A stretch of DNA of 38,370 nt from positions 43,842,280 to 43,880,649 of the forward strand of contig NC_057718.1 in the NCBI RefSeq assembly GCF_004010195.1. Direction: 5' to 3'. Each line of letters opens with the position of its first letter. Position 1 is the first letter of the stretch. The stretch is from Chiloscyllium plagiosum. Taxonomy: Eukaryota. Position numbers and translations under genes: made by a program. Positions 21,700 through 33,830 of the stretch are shown here, one piece after another. Under the pieces are notes generated by a model. It was not told where the DNA came from, did no database searches, and saw only the letters and a list, made by a program, of their open reading frames with translations.

Positions 21700-23145
21700 T
21701 AGTGTGGTAGAGAAAACATACACTTTCTAGTTTATTGAATTTTGTGTCTTGAATGCAATGCAATTTAAGCATAAAGCAACTAATGTGAATGCTATGTAAC
21801 AGAGACTGAGAATGAAGTAGATGGTAGGACTTATTTTTTTCCAAATCCTAAGTTGTTCTCCCACCAAGTTCATATGACACTGATGTAGTAGTTGGCATTT
21901 AAGGCAATCCCCAGCAACAACCCTTTCAGATCCTTGCACAATATCTTCCACCAAGATTTCTTTTGCCATTATAAATACTTCTATATATTTGTGAATATGT
22001 AATTACTTTTGCTATGACTGCATTTCCCATTAATTATCTGTCTTCACAAATTCAGGCAGTCTGGAGATTTCACTGTTTACCCAGCATGCACTCTTGCAAC
22101 TTGGAAGATTAGTAGATCTCTGGATTGAAGACGACTGACCTCGAAGCTGTTCCAGACAGTGTGAGGTCTAAGAGTCATTTTAATTCTAATGTTCCTCATT
22201 GGGTTTGTCCCAAATCAGGGATTAGTTGGCAATTGATTTGCAATATGATATTCCTGCATTCATTCCTTCAGCTATATGAACAATTTAGTCTGCAGTTTGT
22301 TGAGTGATCTTACCTTTCCTGATAAGGTCGGTATTCACACCTGTTACGCTAAGTCCAAATGTGTCAACCATCTTGCATGGTCATGCTTATTAAACTGTGG
22401 AGTTTGCTGATCTGATGGGGCTGCTTCTTATGCCCACAAAACTATCAAAGTATAGATAGATGTAGAGTCAACTTCAAAGATTGAATGGGGAGCTGGGTCT
22501 TTAGCTTTCTGCCCATCAGCAATTCTGTGAATGGTTAACTATACTAGTGTCTGGTGGAGTGGTAATTTAACAATGCTGTGTGAAAAACAGCATTTTTCTT
22601 CAAAAAATATTTGTCATTTGGACCCCACACTTAGCTTCCCCAGTTGGTTATAAATGCCTCAACAAATGTGATATCCAAATTGACTGCAATTTTGATAAAG
22701 CATTTCATAGCAAACTGTAATATGTTATCTAGCATGACCCCATCAGGGATGCCATGCATTGCAAATATTTCATGCAAGACCAAGACAACTACATTAAGTG
22801 ATGATACATAACATTTCACTTATATCCACTGTGGAAAAATAATCAATGGCAATAAGATAAAGCTTACTGTAAAAAATGAATAAGCTAGTGCCCACCCATT
22901 CTCATAGTTAAATGGGAAAGTTAACAGTTTCAGTAAGCTCTGACCTGTGCATATGCAGGTGGATTATGAGAATTCCAATCTCTTGAGATCCTAGGCCACC
23001 AAACTGCAGGCCAAAATATGGCTTTGCAACTGGTGATCCTTAAGTATCCTTGGTGTATCTTATCGAGAATATCTTCCCAAAGTGAAGCTTGATTGTACCA
23101 GCCTATTATCACATGTCAGTAATTTGTCCACAATTGTGAAGTTCT
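21700..23145 (-). mobile_element. Second Gypsy element 3' portion (integrase, PPT, LTR) in opposite orientation
   Basis: ILDKIHQGYLRITSCKA..WWPRIS; IFAMHGIPDGVMLDN..QF; TVKSPDCLNL* followed by purine tract and TG; AATAAA near 21735. Confidence 0.75.
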
Positions 23146-23312
23146 GATCAGGCTCATGCCTGAGGCATAGTGACCCTTAGGTTAAACTCATGACCAGTCA
23201 TCTCTATGTAATGAGAGAACAGCCTTATTGTCCTCTGAGACTATGGTGACTTTATCCTTTTCTTAACAATCTATTTCATCTGTTGATGATGGTTTGACCA
23301 AATTAGAAACAA

Positions 23313-24490
23313 GATAGAGTCATATATCATGGAAACAGACCCTTCAGTCCAACTAGTCCATGCTGACCAGGTTCCTAAAGTAAATTAGTCCCACCTGCCA
23401 GTTTTTGACCCATATCCCTCCAAACATTCCTCTAGTGATTTATCCAGGTAGATATAGTTGACTATGAGATCCTTGATTGGGGTTGTAAATCTGGGCCAGT
23501 CAGGAAACCTTGATTGACCAATATAAACAGGGAATTTGGAATCTCCTCAGCCCAGGAGACTGGCTTGGAGCTGGCTAGCCACAGCCAGTGTACTGTGTAC
23601 TGCGTATAAGTGACCTGGTGGCAGAATACCAGCCTCTGTGCAGTTATTTCAATTTCCTATTCATGTGTTTATCCAAATACCTTTTAAATGTTGCAACTGT
23701 ACCTGCATCTGCCACTTCCTCTGGCAGGTCATTCCACACACAAACCACTCTCTGTGTAAAAGAAGTTGCCCCTCATATCCTTTTTAAATCTTTCTCCTCT
23801 CAACGCTACTTTGAACACCCCCACCTTAGGAAAAGACCTTTGCTATTCACCTTTTCTATGCCCCTCATGATGTTATAAACCTCCAAAAGGTCACCCCTCA
23901 ACCTCCTACACTCTAGTGAGAAAGGTCCCAGCCTTTTCAGTTTGTTTTTATAATTTAAACCCTCAATTCTGAGCAAATACCTGGTAAATCTTTTCTGAAC
24001 TCCCTCTAGTTTAATAATATCTTTCCTATAACAGGCAGACCAGAACTGGACACAGTATTTCAGAAGAAGCCTCAACAACATCTTATACAAACTCAACATG
24101 ACATCCCAACTCCTATACTCAAAGGTTTAGCAATGAAGGTAAGCATGCTAAATGCCCCCTTAACCACCCTGTCTACCTATGATGCAAATATAAAAGAATT
24201 AAGTACCTTTATCCCTTGATCTCTGTTCTACAACACTACTAAGGGTCCTACCATTAATTGTATAAATCCTGCCCTTGTTTGTTTTACCAAAATGCAGTAG
24301 CTCACGTTTATCCAAATTAAATTCTATTCACCACTCCTCAGCCCATTGACCCAATTGATGAAGTCTTTTTGTAATCTTAGATAACCTTCATCACTGTCCT
24401 CTTTACCATCAGTTTTGGTGGCATCTGCAAACTTACTAGCTATGCCTCCTGTATTCTCATTGAAATTATTTATATAAATGGCAAAAAAAA
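23313..24490 (-). mobile_element. CR1 LINE RT to 3' tail
   Basis: SKFADATK, YCVQFWS, RRLRGDLLEVY; tail atagagtcata. Confidence 0.95.
23431..23651 (+). mobile_element. Uninterrupted short solo-LTR-like element inserted in CR1
   Basis: Splits CR1 at aaac.ttcc|tattc with a ttcc-like duplication; TATAAA at 23523; ends TTTCA; homologous to both ends of 6062-10021. Confidence 0.7.
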
Positions 24491-24742
24491 ATTGAACCCA
24501 GTGGATTTTGGCAGATACCCTCAGGGTAAAAGTCAAGATTGCTGACTACATTTATGACACCATTCAGGCAGTATTAATTCAATGGCATACTGTTTAGGAT
24601 CTCCTGTGCACCAGAGATTTTCCAAAAGGCAACATTGAGACTTATGGGAAACCGGAAATGGCAAAACTAAAGAAACATGACCAGAAGGTCAGGATATGCA
24701 AAAGGCAGTACATAATGTAGGCTTTGCATTAAATTCAAAATG

Positions 24743-24949
24743 GGAGAAAGTGAGGACTGCAGATGCTGGAGATCAGAGCTGAAAAATGTGTTGCTGGAAA
24801 AGCGCAGCAGGTCAGGCAGCATCCAAGGAGCAGGAGAATCGACGTTTCGGGCATAAGCCTGAAGAAGGGCTTATGCCCAAAAAGTCGATTCTCCTGCTCC
24901 TTGGATGCTGCCTGACCTGCTGCGCTTTTCCAGCAACACATTTTTCAGG
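24743..24949 (+). mobile_element. Fold-back PLE derivative (family A), ~80-bp near-perfect hairpin with hammerhead-like centre
   Basis: 14-bp TSD ttaaattcaaaatg (24729-24742, 24950-24963); arms 24779-24858 / 24868-24948; CTGAAGA-A-GGGC(TTAT)GCCC-aAAA-aGTC at 24859-24886. Confidence 0.85.
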
Positions 24950-26040
24950 TTAAATTCAAAATGTCAACACTCTGAAATAGTAATTACATTTCTGGGACAC
25001 CTCAGCCAAAAATAAAGCATCATGGTTAATCCAAGGTATACAAATGCCATCAATGAATTTGACAGCACTAGAACGCTTAAGTAATGCACAACATTTCTTT
25101 GGCATGAGAAATCAAGTGACAAAGTTAATCTGAATTTAGCCAGAATGATGCAACGTAAAAGAGACCTTTAGAAAAAGGGCAAGCAATTGTTGTGCAGTCA
25201 AGGACAGACTACAACTTTTGAAAGGATGAAAGACAAGTTATTTTCTACTAATATTCTAGCACATTCCAGTTCAGGCTTATTCATTACAGTAGTCATAGAT
25301 ACATCATCCACAGGACTAGAAATAGTCCTTAAATAAATTCAATCTGACAGGAGATGAAATATTTTCCTTTTAAAATCAAGAGCATTGACTAAAAGACTGA
25401 ATCGAGTTTAGAGAAGGAAGCATTTGCAGTTACATGGGGATGTGAAAGATTCACATGGACTGAAATGTTAGGTCAAAACAGAACACAAACCTCTGGTAAC
25501 ATTGGGACTGAAATAAATCTCAACAATGCACCTATCCTTGCCAAGATTCAGGCTTAGGCTTATGAGGTGTGACAGTTATGTAATCTTTGTTGCAAACATG
25601 GCGTAAGTACTATCAGGCAGATGTTTGAATGCAGGAGTGTATGGAACAGAAAAAAGGTCTACATTTTTGGACAAAAAGTAAAATCTCATTGTATGATAAT
25701 CATAACATTTCCCTGGCAAGAGAAGGAAGACTTAAACAAATTTGTGCAGCTCAAAGGATGACAAGAGGTGCACAAAGGTCAGTCAACTCAGGCTATAAGG
25801 ATAGTTGTGCTATAGTCTGGTAGTTCAAGGGCTGAAAGGTACCAAAAGCAAAACCAACATGACAATAGGGGAAGATTTATTGGTAAAAGGTAGTTAGAAT
25901 GGATATAACACAGTCAATGCAAAAGGAAATTCTGCAGAAACTCCACAGAGACACCCAGGTACCACAAAGTGCTGAGTAAAAGAACAGGATGCAATGTGTT
26001 AGCCAGGCTTACATTTTGTCATGCCATACACAGCCAAGCA

Positions 26041-27819
26041 TCAAGAGTGTGGTGCTGGAAAAGCACAGCAGTTAGGCAGCATCCAAGGAGCAGGAGAATT
26101 GACGTTTCAGGCAAAAGCCCTTCATCGGGAATGAGGAGGTGAGCTGAAGGGGTGCTAAGATAAATAGGAGAGGAGCGGGGGGGGGGGGAGGGTAGCTGAG
26201 AGTGTGATAGGCAGATGGAGGTGGGGGTAATGGTGATAGGTCGGAGGAGAGATGGACTAGTAGGACAGGTCATGAGGGCGGTGCCAATTGTAAGTTTGGA
26301 TCTGGGATAAGGTGGGGGGAGGGGAAATAAGGAAACTGCTGAAATCCACATTAACACTGTGGGGTTGGAAGGTCTTGAGGCAGAAGATGAGGAGTACTTC
26401 CTGAGGCATCGGGTGGTTAGGGAGTGGTGATGGAGGAGACCCAGGACCTGCATGTCCTTGGCAGAGTGGGAGGGGGAGTTGAAGTGTTCAGCCACTGGGT
26501 GTTCAGCCATTGGTTGGTGCAGGTGTCACAGAGATGTTCTCTGAAGCATTCTGCAAGTAGGTGTCCTGTTCCCCAATATTAGAGGAGACTGCATTGGCAG
26601 CAATGAATACAGTAAGTGACATGTGTGGAAGGGTAGGTAAAACTCTGATGGATGTGGAAGGCTCCTTTGGGGCCTTGGACGGAGGTGAGGGGGAAGGTGT
26701 GGGCATATGTTTTGCAATTCCTGCGGTGACAGAGGAAGGTGCTGGGAGGGGATGGTGGGTTAGTGGGAGAGCGTGGACCTGACAATAGCATCATGGACAG
26801 AATGGTCTTTATGAAAAGTAGATAGGGGTGGGCAGGGAAATATATCTCTGGTGGTGGGGTCCATTTGTAGGTGGCGGAAACAGTGGAGGATGATACAGTG
26901 TATACGGAGGTTGGTGGGATGGAAGGTGAGGACCAGGGGGGTTTTGTCCTTGTTGCGGTTAGAGGGGTGGGGTTCAAGGGTGGACATGCGGGAAGTGGAT
27001 GAGATGCACTGGAGGGCATCATCAACCATGTGGAAGGGGAAATTGCATTTTTTAAAGAAGGAAGCCATCTGTTGTGTTCTGTGGTGGAACTGGTCCTCCT
27101 GGGAGCAGATGCAGCAAAAGTGGAGGAATTAGGAATAAGGGATAGCATTTTTACAGGAGGTAGGATGGGAGGAGATGTAGTTCAAGTAGCTGTGAGAGTC
27201 AGTGGGTTTGTAGACGATGTCCGTGTTGAGTCGGTCACTGTTGATGGAGATGGAGAAGTCCAGAGAGGGGAGGGAGGTGTCTGAGATGGTCCAAGTGAAC
27301 TTAAGGTCGGGTGGAATGTGTTGGTGAAGTTGATGAACTGTTCAACCTCCTTCTGGGAGCACAAGATGATGCTGATACAGTCATCAATGTAGCAGAGGAA
27401 AAGGTGGGCAAAATAGACTGTTCCACGTATCCGATAAAGAGGCAGGCATAGCTGGGGCCCATGTGGGTGACTATAGCTATGCTTTTTGTTTGGAGGAAGT
27501 GGGAGGATTCAAAGGAGAAATTATTGAGGGTGAGGACCAGTTCAGCCAAATGAATGAAAGTGTCAGTGGAAGAGTCCTGGTGGGGAAGTCGGGAGAGGAA
27601 GAAACGGAGGGCTTGGAGGCCCTCATCGTGCTGGATCTAGGTGTACAGGGACTGGATGTTTATGGTGAAGATGAGGCTTTTTGGGCCAGGGAAATGAAAG
27701 TCTTGGAGGAGGGAAGGGCGTGGGTGGTGTCCAGAATGAATGCAGGGAGTTCCTGGACCGGGGGAATAGGACAGTATCAAAGTATGTGGAGGTGAGTTCG
27801 GTCAAGCACCAAGCTCCAA
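26041..27819 (-). mobile_element. Penelope-like element (RT + GIY-YIG endonuclease), 5'-truncated and frameshifted
   Basis: ELVLTLNNFSF..LQTK..MGPSYACLF; PLVLTFHP; THVTYCIHCCQCSLL / IGE; PVAEHFNSPSH; terminus matches family A arms; 13-bp TSD acacagccaagca (26028-26040, 27820-27832). Confidence 0.93.
26097..26132 (-). ncRNA. Hammerhead motif in the PLE terminus (one core substitution)
   Basis: Minus strand ATTC-CcGATGA-A-GGGC(TTTT)GCCT-GAAA-CGTC; palindromic ACGT and GUC triplet. Confidence 0.6.
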
Positions 27820-28207
27820 ACACAGCCAAGCACCTTCAAAGACACTGATTACATCAAGATTTTCACAAAGGCAATAGGAAAGATTGGCAAATGAACTTGT
27901 TCATTTATAAAGGGAAGATGAGTTTAGTCCTAGTCAGCTGTTATCTGAGATGGATCAAAATGGCAAGATTTCATTCAGCCACAACACCCTGGTTTGTGAT
28001 AATAGTCTCCTGTAAGAACAGACAATGAACTACAATTTCTAAACAAGGATTTCAGGAACTTCACATTGGAAGCAGCCATCAATTAAGTCACAAGCTCTCC
28101 ATTTTGTCCTTAGACAAATAAAGAAACAGTTAAAGAAATCACGACTACAAAGTCACTGAATCATAAGAATTCAAGCTAACAATCAGCTCTACTTCCTTAC
28201 AGCATCA

Positions 28208-30010
28208 CATAGTCATCGAACTATACAGCACAGAAACACACCCTTCCGTCCAACTCATGCAAACCGATCAGATATCCTTAACTGATCTAGTCCCATTTGC
28301 CAGCATTTGGCCGATATCCCTCTAAAGCCCTCCTTTTCATGTACCCATCCAGATGCCTTTTAAATGCTGTTATTGTACCAGCTTCCATCACTTCCTCTGG
28401 CAGCTCATTCCAAGTACACACCACCCTTTATGTAAAAACATTGCCCCTCAGGTCTATTTTAAATCTTTCCTCTCTCAGCTTAAACCTATGTCCTTTAGTT
28501 TTGGACTCCCCTACCCGAGAAAAACCTCTTCAAAATAATCAAGTTAGGGAGACACAATTTCCCATGCACAAAGCCATGTTGACTATCCCTAATCCCGTGC
28601 CTTTCCAACTGCATATTAATCCTGTCCCTCAGAATCCCCTCCAACAACTCACCAACACTGTTGTCAGGCTACTGGTCGATAGTTTCTTTACCAGCTTTCT
28701 TAAATAATGGCACCATGTTAGCCAACCTCTAATCTTCCAGCACCTCACCCTTGGCTATCGATAATACAAATATCTCAGCAAGAGGCCCATTAATCTCTTC
28801 CCAAGTTCTGGGATACACTTGATCAGGTCCTGGGATTTATTTAACTTTATGCATTTTAAGACATCCAGAACCTCCTCTTCTGTGATATGGACATTTTTCA
28901 AGATATCTCTAGCTTGCATGTCTATCTCCAGAATAAATACTGACGTGAAATATTAATTTAGTATCTCATCCATCCCATGTGGCTCCACGTACGGGGCGGT
29001 ATGGTGGCTCAGTGGTTAGCTCTGCTGCCTCACAGCACAAGGGTCCTAGGTTCAATTCCAGCCTTAGGTGACTGTCTGTGTAGATTTTGCACATTCTTCC
29101 TGTGTCTGCATGGGTTTCCTCCCACAGTCCAAAGATGTGCAGGTTAGGTGAATTGGCCATGCTAAATTGCCCATAGAGTTAGGTGCATTAGTGAGAGGGA
29201 AATGGATCTGGGTGGGTTACTCTTTGGAGGGTCGGTTTGGACTTGTTGGGCCGAAGGGCCTGTTTCCACACTGCAGGTAATCTAATCAATATAGATGGGC
29301 TTGTTGATTTTACAGACACCAATTCTCTCCCTAGTTATTCTTATGCCCTTAATGTATTTCTAAAATCTCTTTGTATTCTCCTTAAACCTATTTGCCAAAA
29401 CTATCTTATGTCCTTTGACCTTCTGATTTCCTTTTGGAGTATATTCCTACTGCCCTTATCCTCCTCTAGGAATTCATGATCCCAGCTGTCTATACCCGAC
29501 ATATCCCTCCTTCCTTTTCTTGACTAGAGCCTCAATTTTTTTGTCATCCAGCATTCCCTATACTTACCAATCTTGCTCTTTGCACTAACAGGAACATACT
29601 GTCCCTGAACTCTCTATCTCATCTTTGAAGTCCTTCCACTTTCCAACCATCTCTTTATCTGCATATAGTCTCTTCGAATCGACGTTTGAAAGTTCCTGCC
29701 TAATACCATCAAAATTGGCCTTACTCCAATTTAGAACTTTAACTTTTAAATCAGGTCTACCCTTTTCCATAGCTATCTTAAAACTGATAGAATTATGATG
29801 ACTGACCCCAATGTTTTTCCTCACTGACAACTCAATCACTTGCCCTGCCTTATTTTCCAGAGAAAGTCACTTTGGGCTCATTTTTGAGAAGATACATCCA
29901 CATACGGAGTCAGAAAATGTTCTTGTACACGCTTAGCAAATTACTCTCCATCCAAGATCTTAACACAATGGCTGTCCCAGTCTATGTTTGAAAAGGTAAT
30001 ATCCCCTACC
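28208..30010 (-). mobile_element. CR1 LINE (endonuclease/linker to 3' tail, with internal deletions) inserted in Gypsy integrase
   Basis: SHHNSISFKI..LNWSKANFDGIRQEL; 3' UTR at 28208-28330. Confidence 0.93.
28993..29287 (+). mobile_element. HE1-type V-SINE (tRNA-derived)
   Basis: Box A TGGCTCAGTGG, box B GGTTCAATTCC, V-domain tttgcacattct..tgggtttcc, CR1-like tail ending taatctaatc. Confidence 0.9.
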
Positions 30011-30739
30011 AATATCTTTGATCAAAAGGCATTTACCAATAAAATTATTCATAGAGGTGGTTGTCAACAAACATCCCAGTTTTAGATCACCACCACAAGC
30101 TCTACATAATCCCTCAAGTCCATAAGAGAGTAAAACAACTCAAGAAATATTACTGCAGAGACAATATAACTCTTGACCTGGGCAAAAACTGTGCATTAAA
30201 GGCCAGGGAAGACAATCTGGCCAAGGAACAGGCATTTAGAGATCATGGTCATCAGACAAACAAATCAATTAAGATCTTGTTTTATCAGAGCATCTGAAGG
30301 GACATTTGGGAACAACAGAAGATATTTATCTTATTCCACCCAAGAAGTGATAAGAAGTGCAACTATTACAAGGTTTGGGACAGCCATACCTTTACTTCAT
30401 CAGACAGCGTTCAGATTGATACAACTGTTCCTGACACACAGCCATACTATCACCAGAGTGTGGAATTCAAGTGAACCAGATCAGGATGTCCAGTCAGACT
30501 CAGATTTGAATTTTGGGCAGGGAACTGGGTGAGATGGTGATTATGGGAATAATAATGTTAATGATTAAAGAAGACCATTTAAGTAAATAAATGTTAACTA
30601 CTAGAATAAGGTAAATCAAATAGCAAGAAACTCTGGGGTAATGTACTGTGCTCAGATTCATATGAAACAAAGTAATGTACCTGGTGGCACGACGCTGACA
30701 TCAGGAAGAGAAAAGATACCAGTCTAGAATGAATATGTG

Positions 30740-30838
30740 GGTCAGGCACCATCCGAGAAGCCTGACCTGCTGTGACTTTTCCAGCGCCATAGTTTATCAA
30801 CTCTGATTCTCCAGCATCTGCAGACCTCATTGTCTCCA
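30740..30838 (-). mobile_element. Family A PLE derivative with the hairpin centre deleted, inserted in Gypsy 3' LTR
   Basis: 14-bp TSD agaatgaat(a/t)tgtg (30726-30739, 30839-30852). Confidence 0.75.
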
Positions 30839-31240
30839 AGAATGAATTTGTGAAGAGTAAGATTGTTTGAGTGACCAGTTTGTTTCAATTAAGTGGGTTA
30901 GGCATCCCCAGGGATTCAATTTTATATGCTGGAAAAGACAGAACTCGGTTAGATGTCAGGTGGATGGTTATTTATCTAGAGACTAACTGACCACTGGAAC
31001 AGACTTATGGCTTATATGGAGGATGTTGAATCACTGAATTGTGTCAGGCAAGAATTGGGTTTGCTTCTGACTGAGAGCAAAGTTACATCAGGGAGGTACT
31101 GTGTAGAATTTTGATCATCTAATGAGGCCAGAGATGAAGGTCTCACATTCCATTCCATTAGCTGACTTGGATTTTTACCTGGTATTTTTCATCTTGCAGA
31201 GATTCATGTGGTTTCAAAAGATGTCATGGTTGTACATAAT

Positions 31241-33041
31241 AGGCTGAATCTTACATTTTATTTGTGGCTATATGTCAGTCGCACCAGATTTCACGGAGGG
31301 TTATTCCCTACGAGGTCAAACAGGATCTCTTGCCATATCTTACTGACTTACTTAATTAACTATCTACCCAACCTGAATGGGGTCCTCTCACTTGATTCTA
31401 CCACTGACTGTATCCAGCTTGCCTCGGTACTGCCAGGATATTCTGGAAAAGCATCCATGGCATAGGCGCCATCTTTAAAAGGTTGTGTCACACCCTGATG
31501 AGCACCGTTAGTCTGCAGATCTCCTGCACAGTTCCTGCTAAATTTGCTGGGTGTTGTAGGGAAGGAAAAGAAATGGACATGGATCTCAAAATCCTGGCAG
31601 ATGGGATGGTGCAGAAGCTGGACATTCTGTTACCCAGCACTGATAGTGGAGGTTGCAACACCAAACCATGTCAACCTGGTCAGTTCCCAACCCCCTCCCA
31701 GGTCAGTGAAGTTTCAGCTGTCTGGAAGAATGCACAGCAAAGCAGAAAGCAAGTAAATGACTTTCCCCACTCCACCAGCGTTAAGTGCCTTCTCTCTGAT
31801 TCCTCACATTCTCTGCCACTGTACCCACCACTCACTAAGGCTCATGTTCTACCACTTTCACTATTTCCTACAATATTTTCCCTCTCTCGCTGTCACTCAC
31901 CCCAAGTCCCGACACCACTATTTCTGCATTCCTCTATGCAGTCTGCTCACTCACTCGGGACACCTCCTACCTGCACTGCACTAAAACAGCCACAATGTTC
32001 ATCTTCTTTAATATCTGCCTCTCTCTCATTCCAAGAAGAAAACAGCTCATAAAGGGACAGAAAGAGTCACAGTGGGTGTTGGGCTGCCTGGCATTTGGCT
32101 CTTCACCCATTACAAGGAGAGGAATTGACCCTGCCCCTGACTGCTCCGAGTGACTGACTGACCATGTCCAAGCACTTGGACTGATATTGGGGCTGCCCTT
32201 GACTTACTGTGCCAGCTCCCCAACAGTCCCCCCACACCCCCAACCAATCAAAGGCTATGTTCCTTGAGTTGACTGTGGACTGCTGACAACCATGACAATC
32301 TTGCTAGCTTTGTGTCTGTGCTAAAAGGCAATACAGCAGGGCTGTGAGCTAGGTGTCTCTGGTTGATAGACAACGTGCAAAACGTCAAGGCCAAGAAAGG
32401 CAAGGCAAAAATGCATTGAACATTCAGGTAGGCTCAAGAGAGAGTGAGCACTAAGAGAGCGTGGCTGGAGAAACAAACAGGTCAAGTCCATGACCTTAGT
32501 CCATGTTGCTGAACTCAAAGTTTCCTCAATGGAGTATTGCAATAATACTTGCCATTGCACCTCTCAAGACGTATTATTGAAGTGCATAAGCATACTATAA
32601 ATGGATTGAGAATGTGCATGAGGATTCTTAGAGACTGGCAATGTGAGATGTCATGTTGGGTGTATGGGTTAGTGCCATAAAATGTACCTGAACAATTTGT
32701 GCCTGATGCCCAGCATGAAGGTCCTTTGGTGCAAGTGGCAAGCTAAAAATTCACCAGGTTTCCGCTCTGACATCCAAGTCGAGATTTCTTGTCATCTAAT
32801 TTGCTCATGGCAGGTGGTAAGATAGGAGGCTGCATATTAAGAGGCAAAATTTCCTATTAATCTAAGTCATTAATAAGCAATAATTCCCCTTAAAAAGCAA
32901 CTCACCATGCCCTGGCTTCCATGTTCAGAACATAGTTACAAGATGTGATGAGTTGATCCCAACATTGAGATAGGCTTGTCCGGACTTTTCACATGATTCT
33001 GCCACAACCCTCATTGTGCAGGCCCTAGTAACATTTCAGCT
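31241..33041 (+). mobile_element. PIF/Harbinger DNA transposon derivative with decayed Myb/SANT-like gene
   Basis: Imperfect TIRs aggctgaatcttac (31241-31254) / gtaacatttcagct (33028-33041); DLKILADGMVQKLDILLP..VSAV..QQSRKQVND (31573-31765), pyrimidine-rich intron, then KKTAHKGTER..GVGLP (from 32036). Confidence 0.7.
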
Positions 33042-33143
33042 ATTTCCTGTTTGTTATTGTTCCGACATTCATATGTTCAGAGGGCTGTTAAAAGGTCAAA
33101 AAGGAAGAAATTCCATTATCCAGTTCAAATACATAAAATCAAT

Positions 33144-33240
33144 AATTTTCTCCAACATTTCCGCGATCAATTGTGCTCATTTTGATTTAATACATTAGAA
33201 GGAAGTTTTCCCTCATATTGCCAATTTCTGCAAATTTATC
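33144..33240 (+). pseudogene. USH2A-like pseudoexon (exon 40-like)
   Basis: IFSNISA..DLIH*KEVFPHIA vs human LFSNPSA..DLQPYTEYMFRLVA. Confidence 0.7.
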
Positions 33241-33269
33241 AAGTCAAGATATACTTTAATTTTGTCTTT

Positions 33270-33830
33270 CAACATGCAAACCCTAAATATTTGGTGGAAA
33301 TCCTCAATTTGTCATTACTCATGGCTTCAACATATGGATCATCAGCAGGACAAAGAGTCACAGCCAGTGTCTTTCAGTGCGCCTCAATTTATGTGTGGAT
33401 GAATTATATCATAAGTTGAAGGATAAATCTAAGAAGACAGAATGATTAAATCAGCAATGCAGTTTGTAGTCAACCAAAAAGACTGTCACTCCAACTTACA
33501 CATCAAAAAACCAGCAACCAACTTGGAATTGGAGATGCTATGACTGGAGAATAAATATACTGCAGGGAAGACTGCCTTTTAATATAAAAACAGAAAGAGA
33601 AAGAAAGACTCAGCAGTTCTGGCAGCATCTGGGAGTTAACATTTTGTGCACAATATACCTTTTCTTTGGAACTGTGATTGGAATCATGTTTTAATCTCAT
33701 CTCATCTTTTAGAAGGAACCATTAGGTAGAGTTATTTAATGCTGTAAAAATAATGTACAATGGTTTTAGGCACTTCATAGATGCATAAAGTAAAATGAGC
33801 AAAGTGATTTTCTCAGCTTAATTGTTTTGT
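33270..33830 (+). pseudogene. USH2A-like pseudoexon (large exon 41-like), interrupted by a PLE-derived insert
   Basis: VITHGFNIW vs VITHYNIY; ungapped NLCVDELYH..K..CSL*STKKTV vs NCTVMHLHP..K..CSLSPESQTV; after the insert RHFIDA*SKMS vs MRFIDKTSALS. Confidence 0.75.
33583..33675 (+). mobile_element. Degenerate single-arm PLE derivative (family C) inside exon 41-like segment
   Basis: aaaaacagaaa..actcagcagttctggcagcatctg..gagttaacattt matches the arms at 5470 and 18655. Confidence 0.6.

Larger units (their letters stand above)
19176..30865 (+). mobile_element. Near-complete but degenerate Gypsy LTR retrotransposon carrying many nested insertions
   Basis: Paired LTR segments (19230-19284 vs 30697-30739 plus 30853-30863); PBS-like 19419-19431; gag 19850-21130 (GESI..ELIR.CIVIGLRNE, Zn knuckle); protease ~21290-21560; RT LLTTFMTPF..ISCAPEIFQK 24520-24630; RNase H EKEAFAVTWGCERF, TEHKPLV; integrase 25900-30510. 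Confidence 0.8.

Noticed and set aside
28993..29065. tRNA gene (also 36670-36738 and 36985-37048)
   Set aside because: A and B boxes belong to HE1 SINE heads followed by the V-domain and LINE tail; no intact cloverleaf.
31483..32052. Long ORF (189 aa) as a novel protein gene
   Set aside because: First part is a Harbinger Myb remnant; the rest is a pyrimidine-rich intron that is open by composition.
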